From Candidatus Bathyarchaeia archaeon (GTDB lineage Archaea > Thermoproteota > Bathyarchaeia > Bathyarchaeales > Bathycorpusculaceae): a stretch of DNA of 64,000 nucleotides. Under the pieces are notes generated by a model. It had not been told where the DNA came from, did no database searches, and was given only the letters and a program-made list of their open reading frames with translations. Where the stretch lies: NCBI GenBank assembly GCA_050012755.1, contig JBEKGO010000005.1:1-64000 (forward strand), given 5' to 3'. Positions 1 through 10,923 of the stretch are shown here, in pieces. Position 1 is the stretch's first letter, and each line of letters begins with the position of its first letter. The position numbers and the translations under genes were made by a program.

Positions 1-539
1 ATGTTGGAGTTTTTGGCGAGGAATTTTATGATTTTTACTCTGTCAAAGATTGTAGATTCAGCGTAGCCTTGCTTCTTTAACCATAGAAGGTAGTTGACGA
101 CTTTCTCAGGGATGTTTGCACTTGCCTGTAGCTGTACTGTTTCGTTTCTCCGCAGAAACCTGTTTCTTTGAGGTTCTGCTACCAAGTTTTTCGTCTCCAT
201 GACGCATATTTGGCTGTTAGTAACTATCGCGTCTGAGGTTTTTAATGCCTTTGAATCAATTCTTTCAAGAGGTTCTAACGTGTTCCGAGCTTTTGCAACA
301 TCGTTAGGGTCTGAGAATCGACGTCCGCATTCTCGGCAGTACCAACGTTGGATTTCGTCCCCAAGCTTGGAGTAGCGTTTGGAATCTCGCCAGACTTTTT
401 TGCCGCCGCATCGCGGGCATAGGGGGCTAGAGCCGACATTCCCATCAGGGGACGACTTACTTTCTGTTTCGGCTTTACTGCCAAATATGTCTGGTTCGGG
501 GGCCAGTGTCTCGCCAAAGAGCTCAGAGACCTCAGTCAT
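1..539 (-). CDS. Tyrosine recombinase/integrase, N-terminal part with Zn-ribbon (truncated by window edge)
   Basis: Manual translation from ATG 539: CPRCGGKKVWRDSKRY...QRWYCRECGRRFS, then KVVNYLLWLKKQGYAESTI (resembles integrase core-binding domain); open to the edge; catalytic domain not visible. Confidence 0.7.
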   Translation of the reverse strand, partial: MTEVSELFGETLAPEPDIFGSKAETESKSSPDGNVGSSPLCPRCGGKKVWRDSKRYSKLGDEIQRWYCRECGRRFSDPNDVAKARNTLEPLERIDSKALKTSDAIVTNSQICVMETKNLVAEPQRNRFLRRNETVQLQASANIPEKVVNYLLWLKKQGYAESTIFDRVKIIKFLAKNSN

Positions 540-759
540 GTTTTATGGTTCTCCGATGTTTGTTTATAATCAAGTATCGTACTGATTCCGATGACATGCC
601 ACGCTGCATTTGAAAAGAGGGTCTTGGCTGAGGCCCTTTAGAGAGATAGAGTGTGCGGGCTTCACTAACAAAAGCCCACTTCTCTGTCGACACATTTTGA
701 GAGAAGAACTTCGTAGAATAATCAGAAGAGAAGCTATCCTTACTCCGAACCTCAACCAT
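532..759 (-). CDS. Hypothetical protein, coupled to integrase start
   Basis: Stop overlaps integrase ATG (ATGACTGA); GAGG upstream. Confidence 0.4.
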   Translation of the reverse strand: MVEVRSKDSFSSDYSTKFFSQNVSTEKWAFVSEARTLYLSKGPQPRPSFQMQRGMSSESVRYLIINKHRRTIKHD

Positions 760-997
760 ACCTAAGAAGCCTCCTCACGTGCGTGTATATGTGAGTGTAT
801 AAGTGTGTGTGCCTGCTTCTCTGCTTCTCTCTTCTCTCTACGACCACATACTCCCATACAATACAACACACTCACACAAACACACATACGCCGATTTTCT
901 TTGAAGAGAAAGTGCTGCTGCGTTCCTTTAACTGAAAGCAACAAGATTTTCGTAGGCTGGCAATACACACCCTCTCTTATACCCAGTAACAACACAC

Positions 998-1249
998 TCA
1001 CACCCGAACTCTAGCAATTTTCTCATTTTTCTCGTCAAGCTCAAACTGTCCAGCATCATTGAGAAGCTGCAAATACTCAAGGACCTTATCTTTTGTTAGA
1101 CCTGTATCAATCATAATTCTTGCAAGTACCTTGCGCAGTGGCACTTCACCTGTTTCTTTGTTTTGGAAAAGGCAAGCTTGGATTGTTTGAGCAATTTGAG
1201 ATATGCGATCTTTTCTTGCTTCTGCTCCGTCTTTTCTAACCATAGTCAA
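998..1249 (-). CDS. Small winged-helix-like protein
   Basis: TGLTKDKVLEYLQLLNDAGQFELD resembles a wHTH recognition helix plus wing. Confidence 0.55.
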   Translation of the reverse strand: MTMVRKDGAEARKDRISQIAQTIQACLFQNKETGEVPLRKVLARIMIDTGLTKDKVLEYLQLLNDAGQFELDEKNEKIARVRV

Positions 1250-1537
1250 TCCTGACCATATAGATTCATGAAAACCAACTTGTTATCTGACTTTGCAAGC
1301 TTCGGTAGGCGTCGCTCATGGCGGATCTTTCTTTCGCGCGTATCGTTCCATCTGCGACAGATTAGACGAGAGCGTTGCATTAAGCAACCTCTCCCCGTTC
1401 GGCAGCCTTCCGGAAGGCTTCAGTTACATCAAACCTTGCAGTTGAGGCTTTGACTTCAGCAAGTGTTCCGTAAGCGACAGAGAATTTTGAGGAGGCATTA
1501 TATATTTTTGAGCAGGACATGGCATGAATCCTTCCGT

Positions 1538-1933
1538 CTAAGTTTTTTCTTTGATAAGTTTTCGACTGATGAACTGTTTTTCTTGACCTGAGAGACTGTA
1601 CTCGAAGCTGCCGATCTTGGCTTTGTCCTTAGTTTTCAAAATTGCAAGTAATGATTCTGTACCGTGGGTGTCCTTGAAAATCCATGCAGCTTCGGTAGGT
1701 TTGGCTGCTTCTTTTGTGGCGTAAGACTTCCAGGGAAGGTTGCTTAAGTCCACGCCAGGAAGGTCGACGCTGTTTTTTCCTGGTGCTGCATCCTCAAAAC
1801 CTTTGGCTTGGCCTATACCACTAAGCAACTCATCAAGGCGTTCCATTCGGAAATGGGCAATGTCCCGCTCAGCAATTAGCTGCGCAATCTCGAAGTCTGT
1901 TACTTTAGACAAATCGATTTTGCGCTCGCTCAA
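1538..1933 (-). CDS. Hypothetical element protein
   Basis: 131 aa ORF with GGAGG upstream, in an operon with 1936..2124. Confidence 0.6.
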   Translation of the reverse strand: MSERKIDLSKVTDFEIAQLIAERDIAHFRMERLDELLSGIGQAKGFEDAAPGKNSVDLPGVDLSNLPWKSYATKEAAKPTEAAWIFKDTHGTESLLAILKTKDKAKIGSFEYSLSGQEKQFISRKLIKEKT

Positions 1934-1935
1934 TT

Positions 1936-2124
1936 CTAAGCCTCCATTTTTATTCCGAGGGCTTTCTTGTCCTCGGCAGGCAGATAAGAAAGACTTGCCA
2001 ACTCCTTCCGGATCGATCGTCTGATAAAGTCGCTTACGTCTTCGCCTCTAGATTTGCAGACGCGTTCAACAAGCTCTTTAAGTTCTGGCTCAATACGCGT
2101 CCCTATGTATATGTTTTCCATCAT
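1936..2124 (-). CDS. Ribbon-helix-helix (CopG-like) regulator
   Basis: IYIGTRIEPELKELVERVCKSRGEDVSDFIRRSI is a typical RHH pattern. Confidence 0.75.
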   Translation of the reverse strand: MMENIYIGTRIEPELKELVERVCKSRGEDVSDFIRRSIRKELASLSYLPAEDKKALGIKMEA

Positions 2125-2227
2125 TTTGTTTGCCTCTGTATAAAGCTATTAGCAAACGTTATATATAGAAACTAATCTTAAGTTAAGTAACTAAAGATTA
2201 GCTTAAGTAACTTAGGAGTTTGAAAAA
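2125..2227. promoter_or_regulatory. Divergent promoter/operator region
   Basis: AT-rich; inverted repeat CTAATCTT/AAGATTAG (2172-2201) and direct repeat TTAAGTAACT (2183, 2203) between divergent regulators. Confidence 0.5.
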
Positions 2228-2737
2228 TTGGCTAACCCCAAAAAAGAATGGAAACGTTCTGACAATTTAGTCGAGCTGCTTTCCTTGCTAAAGACTCATA
2301 GAGAACTAGATTATCAAACTTTGAAAGCTAAACTGAATATCTCCGACCCAACATTGACAGAGTATATTAAACTCCTAGAAGCCAACGGGAAAATAGAGCA
2401 TTTCTCAAAGTCCGATGATAGAAGACGCACCTGGTACAGAATCAAGCCTCAAAGCATGGAAACGGTCGAAGGTGACCTATTGGAATATGAGGCTGTCAAA
2501 TTTTTGAAGAGTATAGAAGACCCTTTGGTTACATACCTAAAGGGAAAAGATGGAAAATCGAGCGTTAGCATATTCTTATCCAACGCGGGGTCGGTTAAAG
2601 GTCCTCAGAAGAAAATATTTGAGTTAATGATCAAGAACTATGCAGAAAATTGGCTCAATTTCGCAGAAAACAAAGGTTTGTTGAGACCGCCTAAAGAAGA
2701 CTATAAGATCGCAGTTGTGCTAACGAAAGAGAAGTGA
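2228..2737 (+). CDS. Winged-helix (MarR/ArsR-like) repressor
   Basis: LNISDPTLTEYIKLLEANGKIEH...DRRRTWYRI wHTH signature. Confidence 0.75.
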   Translation: MANPKKEWKRSDNLVELLSLLKTHRELDYQTLKAKLNISDPTLTEYIKLLEANGKIEHFSKSDDRRRTWYRIKPQSMETVEGDLLEYEAVKFLKSIEDPLVTYLKGKDGKSSVSIFLSNAGSVKGPQKKIFELMIKNYAENWLNFAENKGLLRPPKEDYKIAVVLTKEK

Positions 2738-2995
2738 GCGCACGCCTGGCAAATTTCATCATCCATGTATGGGAAATAAATAAGGTTCCAAATGTTACAT
2801 TACTACATAATGTAACATCAACATTGTTTTGGGGTTTACTTTCCTCTCCTCACTCCCTAGTGGTTGTGGAAGAAGTAAATAAATAAATGAAGTACCCCTC
2901 AGAGTAATGGAAGGTCCAATTCCACAAGGAGAGTAGGCAAGTTGCGGATGGGCGATAGCGAGAGCTTGAGCGGCAGTATGAAGGGTCAAATTTGA

Positions 2996-3871
2996 TTAGT
3001 TGTCAATTTTGTCATTTGTTAGTTTGTATTCTGAGAGAGATAATGCCAAAAAACTCCCATTGTTTAAGATTGAAGCGAAGTCTCTAATTGCCATTCTTTC
3101 AAATGTTTTTCTATGATGGAACAGTTCATCCGGCAAAACATTGTACCTAAAATAATCCCAACTTGGTATTGATGAATGTTCTTGTCTTAGTCTATCCACG
3201 AGATTTGCTGCTTCGCCAACGTAGAACAGCTTGTTTTTTGTGTCAATTAAGAAATATAATACATTGTTTGCTCTTAGTTCAAACTCCAGTTCTTCCCGCG
3301 GTCTCCATTTGCTCTTGTAGATTCTAAAGGATGGTTTTTCTTCCAAGTCATCATCGATTTTGTGCAACACTGGAGACTCGATGAATCGTTTAAAGAGTTC
3401 TGAAAAGACTGGTTTTTGAGTGTAGTAAGCTTCAAAAAAGAATTTCTTTGACTCTTTCTCATATTCTATGTCGAGAAATTCCCAGAAAGGAATTTCATCT
3501 TCTATGCTTGTTTTGTCAGTCCCTTTCGATTTCCTTAGTCTATCCTCTATATCTCTCACAAAACTCATCAGGAATGCGTCTTTCAGTTCGTATGAGAGCT
3601 GTTTTTGGTACCATAGTCTGTAAGCAGGCGTTTTCCTTCCTTCTTTGGCAATCGTTACCCATCCCTTGAACTGTTTTCCTTTGAATTCGACGTTGACTTC
3701 TGATTGGGGATTGCTTCTTGATATGCAAGAGGAAAAATCATTTTCAATATCCCACATTTTGCAGGCCCAATGTGGAATAGTTGTACCATTTTGTCTGAAA
3801 AGTGAAGAGTCAACTTTCTTCCGCCAAAGTGGATGATTTACGTCTGATCGCTCGAGTTTCAAGCTAATCAC
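2996..3871 (-). CDS. GIY-YIG nuclease-domain protein
   Basis: C-terminal VLYFLID...FYVGEAANLVDRLRQEH...E matches the GIY-YIG motif; N-terminal domain unassigned. Confidence 0.65.
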   Translation of the reverse strand: MISLKLERSDVNHPLWRKKVDSSLFRQNGTTIPHWACKMWDIENDFSSCISRSNPQSEVNVEFKGKQFKGWVTIAKEGRKTPAYRLWYQKQLSYELKDAFLMSFVRDIEDRLRKSKGTDKTSIEDEIPFWEFLDIEYEKESKKFFFEAYYTQKPVFSELFKRFIESPVLHKIDDDLEEKPSFRIYKSKWRPREELEFELRANNVLYFLIDTKNKLFYVGEAANLVDRLRQEHSSIPSWDYFRYNVLPDELFHHRKTFERMAIRDFASILNNGSFLALSLSEYKLTNDKIDN

Positions 3872-4017
3872 TAAACCATTTTATGGATCTATATTGTTCA
3901 GCAAGTCAATTTAACGTTTAAGCCTAACAATCCAAATTTTTTTCTAACAAGTAGGAAAGTGATAGAACTTATTAGCTAAATGCGATGAATTAAGTCTCAC
4001 AGCGGAGCGGTTTAGTA

Positions 4018-5616
4018 ACGGCAAAATCTCAAAGTAAACAAATAGGTTTAGACGGAAAAGAAGCCAAAGGTTCAAACGGTGCGAATTTGGGTTTTGAAGC
4101 AAAATTGTGGACCGCTGCGGATAAGCTGCGCAGCAACATGGATGCAGCAGAATACAAACACGTAGTGTTAGGGTTAATCTTTCTAAAGTACATATCTGAC
4201 GCCTTCACAGAAGTATACAACGAGTTAAAAAACGACCCAGAGAAACTAGCCGATCCAGAAGACATCGACGAGTACAAAGCGCGAAATGCGTTTTGGGTTC
4301 CTCCCGAAGCACGATGGGACTACCTCCAGAAAAATGCGAAGCAACCTACAATTGGCACAATCGTGGACGACGCAATGGATGCTATCGAGCGGGATAACGG
4401 TTCACTAAAGGGAGTTTTGCCAAAGATTTATGGTCGTGAAGGTCTCGATAAGCAGAGACTAGGCGAACTAATAGATTTGGTTGGCACGATTGGTTTGGGT
4501 GATAAAGAAAGCAGAAGCAAAGATACCCTTGGCAGGGTTTACGAGTATTTTTTGGGGCAGTTTGCTGATGCTGAAGGCAAAAAGGGCGGGCAATTCTACA
4601 CACCCAGAAGTATTGTTCAACTGCTTGTTGCCATGATTGAGCCTTTCAAGGGTAGAGTCTTCGACCCGTGCTGTGGAAGCGGGGGCATGTTTATTCAAAG
4701 CGAGAAATTCGTTGAAGCCCACCAAGGCAGACTAGACGACATTAACGTCTACGGACAAGAATCCAATCAAACCACCTGGCGTCTCTGTAAAATGAACCTA
4801 GCTATAAGACACATCGATTCCAAATTCATCATGTGGAACAATGAGGGAAGCTTCCTAAATGATTTACACAAAGATTTGAAGGCCGATTACCTTCTGGCTA
4901 ACCCACCGTTTAATGATTCTGACTGGAAAGGCGAAATGCTAAGAGACGACATACGCTGGAAATACGGCACACCCCCCGCTGGAAACGCCAACTTTGCATG
5001 GGTACAACATTTCATATACCATATAGCACCACACGGCATTGCAGGCTTTGTCCTTGCCAACGGCTCCATGAGCTCCAACCAATCTAATGAAGGAGAAATA
5101 CGCAAAAACATAGTTGAAGCCGACCTGGTCGACTGCATGATAGCCCTACCCTCGCAACTATTCTACAACACAATGATACCCGCCTGTCTATGGTTTACAG
5201 CTAGAGACAAACAAAACGACAAATTCCGTGATAGAAGAGGTGAAACACTATTCATCGATGCAAGGAAGCTCGGCGCAATGGTGGATAGAAGACACCGTGA
5301 ACTAGTACCTGAAGATATCAAGAAAATAGCCGATACTTATCACGCTTGGAGAGGGGAACTCGTAGGAGAACAAAAAGCAGAGTACAAGGATGTTGCTGGA
5401 TTCTGTAAAGCGGTAAAAAATGAAGAGATTAGAAAACAAGGACACATAATGACCCCAGGCAGATATGTTGGCAACGAGGAAGAAGATGAGGACAATGAAG
5501 TCTTTGAAGAAAAGATGCAGAAACTAACTGTGGAACTTGCTGAGCAAATGAAAGAGGCCAATAAACTGGATGCAGCGATAAAGAAATCTTTTGAAGGAAT
5601 TGACTATGGGCTATAG
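4018..5616 (+). CDS. hsdM: Type I R-M methyltransferase (ORF track start 4087; N-terminus likely extends to ACG 4018)
   Basis: [17 protein letters not shown] and NPPFN motifs; [20 protein letters not shown]-terminus. Confidence 0.95.
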   Translation, partial: TAKSQSKQIGLDGKEAKGSNGANLGFEAKLWTAADKLRSNMDAAEYKHVVLGLIFLKYISDAFTEVYNELKNDPEKLADPEDIDEYKARNAFWVPPEARWDYLQKNAKQPTIGTIVDDAMDAIERDNGSLKGVLPKIYGREGLDKQRLGELIDLVGTIGLGDKESRSKDTLGRVYEYFLGQFADAEGKKGGQFYTPRSIVQLLVAMIEPFKGRVFDPCCGSGGMFIQSEKFVEAHQGRLDDINVYGQESNQTTWRLCKMNLAIRHIDSKFIMWNNEGSFLNDLHKDLKADYLLANPPFNDSDWKGEMLRDDIRWKYGTPPAGNANFAWVQHFIYHIAPHGIAGFVLANGSMSSNQSNEGEIRKNIVEADLVDCMIALPSQLFYNTMIPACLWFTARDKQNDKFRDRRGETLFIDARKLGAMVDRRHRELVPEDIKKIADTYHAWRGELVGEQKAEYKDVAGFCKAVKNEEIRKQGHIMTPGRYVGNEEEDEDNEVFEEKMQKLTVELAEQMKEANKLDAAIKKSFEGIDYGL

Positions 5617-6916
5617 TTATTTAAAAACTATCCCTGAACACTGGGAGATTGGAGAAATTGAAAATTATCTTGAATTAATAATTGATTATCGTGGGAAAAC
5701 CCCTAAAAAAGCCAATTCAGGCATTAGGACATTAAGTGCACGTTCAGTTAAGAATGGCAGAATAAATTACGCTCAGGCATATTTTATTTCTGAGAAAACA
5801 TTTGAGGAGTGGGAAACAAGAGGAAAACCAAAACCCGGCGATGTTTTGCTTACCACTGAAGGTCCACTTGGAGAAGTTGCTCAACTTGGTACTCAACGAG
5901 TCGCCTTAGCTCAGAGATTGATTGGTTTAAGAGGAAAAGAAAGAGAGCTGGATAACACTTATTTAAAATATTTCTTGATTTCACCTGTTGGAAAAAATGA
6001 GTTACTTTCGAAAGTAAGTGGTACAACTGTACAAGGAATTAAACAAAGCGAATTTAGAAAAATCAAACTTATAAAACCTCCATACAATGAACAGGTTGCA
6101 ATAGCGGGTATTCTTAGTAAGTTAGATGCAAAAATTGAATTGAATGAGCGAATGAATAGAACTCTTGAGGCTGTTGGTGAGGCTGTTTTTAGTCGTTGGT
6201 TTGTTGATTTTGAGTTTCCCAACCAAGAAGGCAAACCCTACAAAACAAATGGTGGCAAAATTATTGATTCTGAAATGGGCAAAATCCCTTGTATGTGGAA
6301 ATATGAAAGAATGAGTGAATTAATAACAGTTACAGATGGAACTCATTCATCTCCTAAAAAATCAAGGTCAGGTTACTATCTTGTTACCTCAAAACACGTA
6401 AAAGAACAACAAATTGATTTTTCCCAAGCTTATAAAATTTCAGAAACAGATTTTATTGAGATCAAAAAGAGAAGCGGAGTCACCACAAACGACATTTTAA
6501 TAACCATGATAGGAACCGTTGGAAATGTCTTGTTAGTGCAGGAGAAAACAATCGATTTTGCAATTAAAAATATTGGATTATTCAAGTCTTCAGAAAGACC
6601 AGACTTATTTGAATATGTTTATTACTCTCTAAAGTCGCAAAAATCGATGGATTATGTCAGAACCCGTATTTCGGGGACTACACAAGGGTATTTAACCTTA
6701 GAATCTTTAAGAAACTTCCCAATCGTAATTCCTACGAATGATTTGATTTTGGGTTTCAAAAAAATTGCTAATCCCTTGCTTGAAAAAGTTTGGATAAATA
6801 GAGAGCAAACAAAAACCTTGCTTAAATTAAGAGATATCTTGCTTCCTAAGCTCATGTCTGGAAAAATCAGAGTTCCTATTATTAAAGAAAAAATGGAGCC
6901 TGCTCTTAATGCCTAA
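5591..6916 (+). CDS. hsdS: Type I R-M specificity subunit
   Basis: Two TRDs with conserved [13 protein letters not shown] and [12 protein letters not shown] helices; lies between hsdM and hsdR. Confidence 0.93.
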   Translation: MKELTMGYSYLKTIPEHWEIGEIENYLELIIDYRGKTPKKANSGIRTLSARSVKNGRINYAQAYFISEKTFEEWETRGKPKPGDVLLTTEGPLGEVAQLGTQRVALAQRLIGLRGKERELDNTYLKYFLISPVGKNELLSKVSGTTVQGIKQSEFRKIKLIKPPYNEQVAIAGILSKLDAKIELNERMNRTLEAVGEAVFSRWFVDFEFPNQEGKPYKTNGGKIIDSEMGKIPCMWKYERMSELITVTDGTHSSPKKSRSGYYLVTSKHVKEQQIDFSQAYKISETDFIEIKKRSGVTTNDILITMIGTVGNVLLVQEKTIDFAIKNIGLFKSSERPDLFEYVYYSLKSQKSMDYVRTRISGTTQGYLTLESLRNFPIVIPTNDLILGFKKIANPLLEKVWINREQTKTLLKLRDILLPKLMSGKIRVPIIKEKMEPALNA

Positions 6917-9900
6917 GATAATGACTGAGGAAGATCTTGAAAAAGAATGCCTTGACATATTCAGCAGTCTTGGCTACCGAAGGGTTTATGGTCCTGATAT
7001 TTCCGAAGGCAGCATCGCTGAGGAACGTAAGTATGGTGAGGTTGTTCTTATTGGCAGGTTGCATGATGCCCTTAGGCGAATCAACAAAGCCCTTCCAGAC
7101 GCCGCCATAGATGAAGCTGTCAAGAAAGTTCTTAGAACTGAGAGCCAAGATTTGGTTGCTAATAACCAACTCTTTCACAGATTGATAACTAATGGAATTA
7201 ATGTGGAGTGCAAGAGAGCTGACGGCAGCGTTAAGGATGAGCTGGTTTGGCTTTTTGATTTTCAAAACATAGAGAATAACGAGTTTTTGGCTGTTAACCA
7301 GTTTACGATTATTGAGGATCGCCATAACCGACGCCCCGACATTGTCTTATTCGTTAATGGTCTCCCTTTGGTTCTAATTGAGCTGAAGAACCCCGCAGAA
7401 GAGAACGCAACAATTTCGACTGCCTTCAAACAGTTTGGAACCTACAAACAGGAGATTCCCTCCGTCTTCAGGTACAACGAAGTCTTAGTCATAAGCGACG
7501 GAACCTACGCCAAAGCAGGAACCCTGACCGCAAAAGAAGAACGCTTCTCCCCATGGAAAACAATCAGCACCAAGAAACAGCCTTCAACTACACCCCAAAT
7601 CGAAGTTCTCCTAAAAGGCATGCTAAACCCTGAAACCCTATTGGATTTGGTTAGGCACTTTGTAGTTTTTGAGGCTGAAAAAGAAAAGAAAGACGGCAGC
7701 ATAAGTATCTCCAAAAAAATCGCGGCTTATCAACAATACAATGCTGTCAAGAAGGCGCTCATATCCACTGTAGCTGCAACTAAAAGCAACAGGAAAGCTG
7801 GGATTGTTTGGCACACGCAAGGTTCAGGCAAAAGTCTAACCATGGTTTTCTATACAGGCAAAATGGTTCTCGAGTCCCTGCTTGAAAATCCCACAATGGT
7901 TGTGTTAAATGACAGAAACGACTTAGATGATCAGCTTTTTGGAACCTTTAGCAGATGCCACGAGTTGCTCAGACAAAAACCCGAACAAGCGACCTCTAGA
8001 GAACGACTAAAAGAACTGCTTCAAGTTTCCTCCGGCGGTGTAATATTTACAACTATCCAGAAGTTTTTCCCAGAAGGCAAAACCAAAGAATACCCCTTGT
8101 TGTCTGAAAGGAAAAATATCATAATCATAGCCGATGAAGCTCATAGAAGCCAATATGGCTTTGGACTAAAAATTCCCAAGAACGCAGACAAAGAAACACT
8201 TACTTATGGATACGCAAAATATCTCCGCGACGCTTTGCCCAACGCCACATTCATTGGATTCACAGGAACCCCTATAGAAAAAGCTGATAGAAACACGCCC
8301 GCTGTCTTCGGAAAATACGTCGACATCTACGACATCGAACAGGCAGTTGAAGATGGGTCAACAGTAAAAATCTACTACGAAAGCCGCCTAGCCAAACTGG
8401 AACTAAAACCAGAAGAACGCCCCTATATTGACGAAGAATTTGAAGAAATCACCGAAAGCGAAGAAGCAGAAAACAAAGAATACCTCAAAAGCAAATGGTC
8501 ACGGCTCGAAAAAGTGGTGGGCAGCCCAGAGCGAATCAAACGCATAGCCAAAGACATAGTTGAACACTGGGATAGCCGAGTCTCTATCTTAGACGGCAAA
8601 GCTATGATTGTTTGCATGAGCCGAAGAATCTGCATAGAACTCCACAACGAGATCATCAAACTCAAACCGGAATGGTACAGCAAAGACGACGACAAAGGCA
8701 TCCTAAAAGTAGTTATGACAGGGGGAGCAGATGATGGCCCAGAGTGGCAAGAACATATTCGAAACAAACAACGAAGACATGATCTCGGAGAGCGAATGAA
8801 AGACCCCTCAGACCCGATGAAAATAGCTATTGTTCGGGACATGTGGTTGACTGGATTCGATGCACCAAGTCTGCACACCATGTATCTTGACAAACCTATG
8901 AGAGGGCATACTCTAATGCAGGCTATAGCCCGTGTCAACCGCGTGTTCAAGGACAAACAAGGCGGCTTAATCGTTGATTACATCGGCATAGCTAATGACC
9001 TGAGAAAAGCCCTCGCAGAATATACCGAGAGCGACAAAAAACTAACAGGTATCCCCCAGGAACAAGCCGTAGCCATAATGCAGGAAAAATACGAAGTTGT
9101 CGCAGCTTTCTTCCATGGGTTCGCCTTCAAGAAATTCTTCGTAGTCGAATCAAAAGACCGACTCACCATTATCATGCAGGCAATGGAACAAGTGCTCAAA
9201 CAAGAAAAAGGAAAAGAACGCTACCTCAAAGAAACCAATGCTCTTCTCCGGGCTTTTGCACTAGCCGTGCCAAATGAAGACGCCATGAAAATCAGGGACG
9301 ACGTCGGATTCTTCCAAGCTGTCCGCGCCGCTATCGCAAAAAACACAGAAACAATGGCAGAAATGGAAGCACAAAACATAGACACAGCCATCAAACAAAT
9401 AATCTCCAAAGCAATCATCTCTGATAGAGTAATCGATGTCTTCGCAGCTGCAGGATTCAAAAAACCCGATGTATCAATTCTATCAGATGAGTTCTTGGCC
9501 GAAGTCAAGGAAATTCCTCAGAAAAATCTAGCATTTGAAATGCTCAAAAAACTCCTAAACGATGAAATCAGATTTAGACAAAAAAAGAACCTCATCCAAG
9601 CCAGGTCATTCGAAGAACTCCTCGACAAATCCATCAAAGCGTACACGAACAAAAGCATAGAAGCCGCCCAGGTCATTCAACAACTTATCGAACTCGCCAA
9701 AAAAATGCGAGAAGAACAAAAAAGAGGCACCCGGCTAAACCTAACCGAAGACGAAGTGGCCTTTTACGACGCCCTAGCCGACAACGAAAGCGCAAGAGAA
9801 GTCCTCGGAGACCAAACCCTGAAAACCATGGCAAAGGAACTCGTAGAAATGGTCAGAAAAAACGTGACCATCGACTGGACACTAAGAGACAACGTCCAAG

Positions 9901-10037
9901 CAAAACTCAGAGTCCTCGTAAAACGAATACTCAAAAAATACGGCTACCCACCAGACAAACAACAAAGAGCCACAGACACCGTACTGGACCAGGCCAAACT
10001 GCTCTGCAAAGACTGGGCAGAAGCCTCACCCATGTAG
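6909..10037 (+). CDS. hsdR: Type I R-M restriction subunit
   Basis: [19 protein letters not shown] nuclease motif, HTQGSGKS Walker [25 protein letters not shown]. Confidence 0.96.
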   Translation: MPKIMTEEDLEKECLDIFSSLGYRRVYGPDISEGSIAEERKYGEVVLIGRLHDALRRINKALPDAAIDEAVKKVLRTESQDLVANNQLFHRLITNGINVECKRADGSVKDELVWLFDFQNIENNEFLAVNQFTIIEDRHNRRPDIVLFVNGLPLVLIELKNPAEENATISTAFKQFGTYKQEIPSVFRYNEVLVISDGTYAKAGTLTAKEERFSPWKTISTKKQPSTTPQIEVLLKGMLNPETLLDLVRHFVVFEAEKEKKDGSISISKKIAAYQQYNAVKKALISTVAATKSNRKAGIVWHTQGSGKSLTMVFYTGKMVLESLLENPTMVVLNDRNDLDDQLFGTFSRCHELLRQKPEQATSRERLKELLQVSSGGVIFTTIQKFFPEGKTKEYPLLSERKNIIIIADEAHRSQYGFGLKIPKNADKETLTYGYAKYLRDALPNATFIGFTGTPIEKADRNTPAVFGKYVDIYDIEQAVEDGSTVKIYYESRLAKLELKPEERPYIDEEFEEITESEEAENKEYLKSKWSRLEKVVGSPERIKRIAKDIVEHWDSRVSILDGKAMIVCMSRRICIELHNEIIKLKPEWYSKDDDKGILKVVMTGGADDGPEWQEHIRNKQRRHDLGERMKDPSDPMKIAIVRDMWLTGFDAPSLHTMYLDKPMRGHTLMQAIARVNRVFKDKQGGLIVDYIGIANDLRKALAEYTESDKKLTGIPQEQAVAIMQEKYEVVAAFFHGFAFKKFFVVESKDRLTIIMQAMEQVLKQEKGKERYLKETNALLRAFALAVPNEDAMKIRDDVGFFQAVRAAIAKNTETMAEMEAQNIDTAIKQIISKAIISDRVIDVFAAAGFKKPDVSILSDEFLAEVKEIPQKNLAFEMLKKLLNDEIRFRQKKNLIQARSFEELLDKSIKAYTNKSIEAAQVIQQLIELAKKMREEQKRGTRLNLTEDEVAFYDALADNESAREVLGDQTLKTMAKELVEMVRKNVTIDWTLRDNVQAKLRVLVKRILKKYGYPPDKQQRATDTVLDQAKLLCKDWAEASPM

Positions 10038-10088
10038 TTTAGCAAAAAATATATTCTCTTGGGTCTAACTATCGATTGGGGATATTAG

Positions 10089-10256
10089 ATGACTAAATGT
10101 CCAAGATGCTCGTCAAGTGCAAAACTCACAGGCAAAGAGTGGGAGTATGGACCTTTTCATGTTAAGCAGTATGTTTGTTCTGGCTGCGAAAAGAAGTATA
10201 TGGAGTACTATAAAGACGGCAAAGTCAGCCATACAATCCCAAAACCAAAGAAGTAA
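10089..10256 (+). CDS. 55-aa Zn-ribbon protein, Cren7-like pattern (not in ORF track)
   Basis: MTKCPRCSSSAKLTGKEWEYGPFHVKQYVCSGCEKKYMEYYKDGKVSHTIPKPKK; GGGGA upstream. Confidence 0.65.
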   Translation: MTKCPRCSSSAKLTGKEWEYGPFHVKQYVCSGCEKKYMEYYKDGKVSHTIPKPKK

Positions 10257-10263
10257 ATCATAT

Positions 10264-10913
10264 TTGGCATCGCTCAATAAATCCACCAAAGACTACTGCA
10301 AAATCTTCGGAATTGAAACTCTTTACCATATCACTATGATAGTAAATATCCCTTCAATTCTGATAAACGGACTTTTGAGTCACAATAAGGTGAAAGAACA
10401 AAAGGCATGGGTTTTTCCCGCTCTAATCAAGAAATCCAAGGAATTAGAGCGCAAAAACCTGTAGGCGACTTGACAGCCAACGATTACGTCCCATTATTCT
10501 TCTCGAAAAAAACCCCAATGTTATGCGCCATTGAGACGGCAGAGAATAGTTTCAGCGTTCCAATGGTTTACATTAGTGTTAAACCTGAAATCATAGGTGA
10601 GAAGGGTGTCTACTTCTCCGATGGAAACATCGCTTCAAATGCAACCAAAAAATACTGCAAACTAGAGGAACTAGGCAAATTGGACTGGGACAACATTTGG
10701 GGCTGGAATCCCGGTAAAATTGGATTCGACGAGGCTAAGAGAATCAAGTCTGCAGAAGTGCTTGTTCCGCATATGATCAGTCCAAAATGGTTTACAAAAA
10801 TGGTTGTTCCCGATGAGGAATCAAGAGCTAAGCTTTTAGGCCTTCCATATCATTTGCCTGTAGAAGTTAATAGTGAGTTCTATTTTACTGATAGAGGAAA
10901 AAACGCCCAATAG
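10264..10913 (+). pseudogene. darT: DarT ssDNA ADP-ribosyltransferase toxin (DUF4433), split by a -1 frameshift near 10390-10420
   Basis: Frame 1 LYHIT.IVNIPSILINGLLSH; frame 2 IQGIR...DYVPLFFSKKTPML...FSDGNIAS...AEVLV; directly upstream of a macrodomain gene. Confidence 0.75.
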
Positions 10914-10923
10914 GGAATGAGTC

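Noticed and set aside
1252-1521. Two 44-46 aa ORFs on the minus strand of the element operon
   Set aside because: Plausible by position but too short and featureless to support.
4382-9508. Antisense ORFs within hsdM/S/R, and similar ones inside core genes
   Set aside because: Shadow ORFs opposite well-supported genes, with no motifs.
10117-10263. N-terminal part of the 115-aa ORF
   Set aside because: Overlaps the better 55-aa Zn-ribbon ORF in another frame; DarT similarity starts only after TTG 10264.
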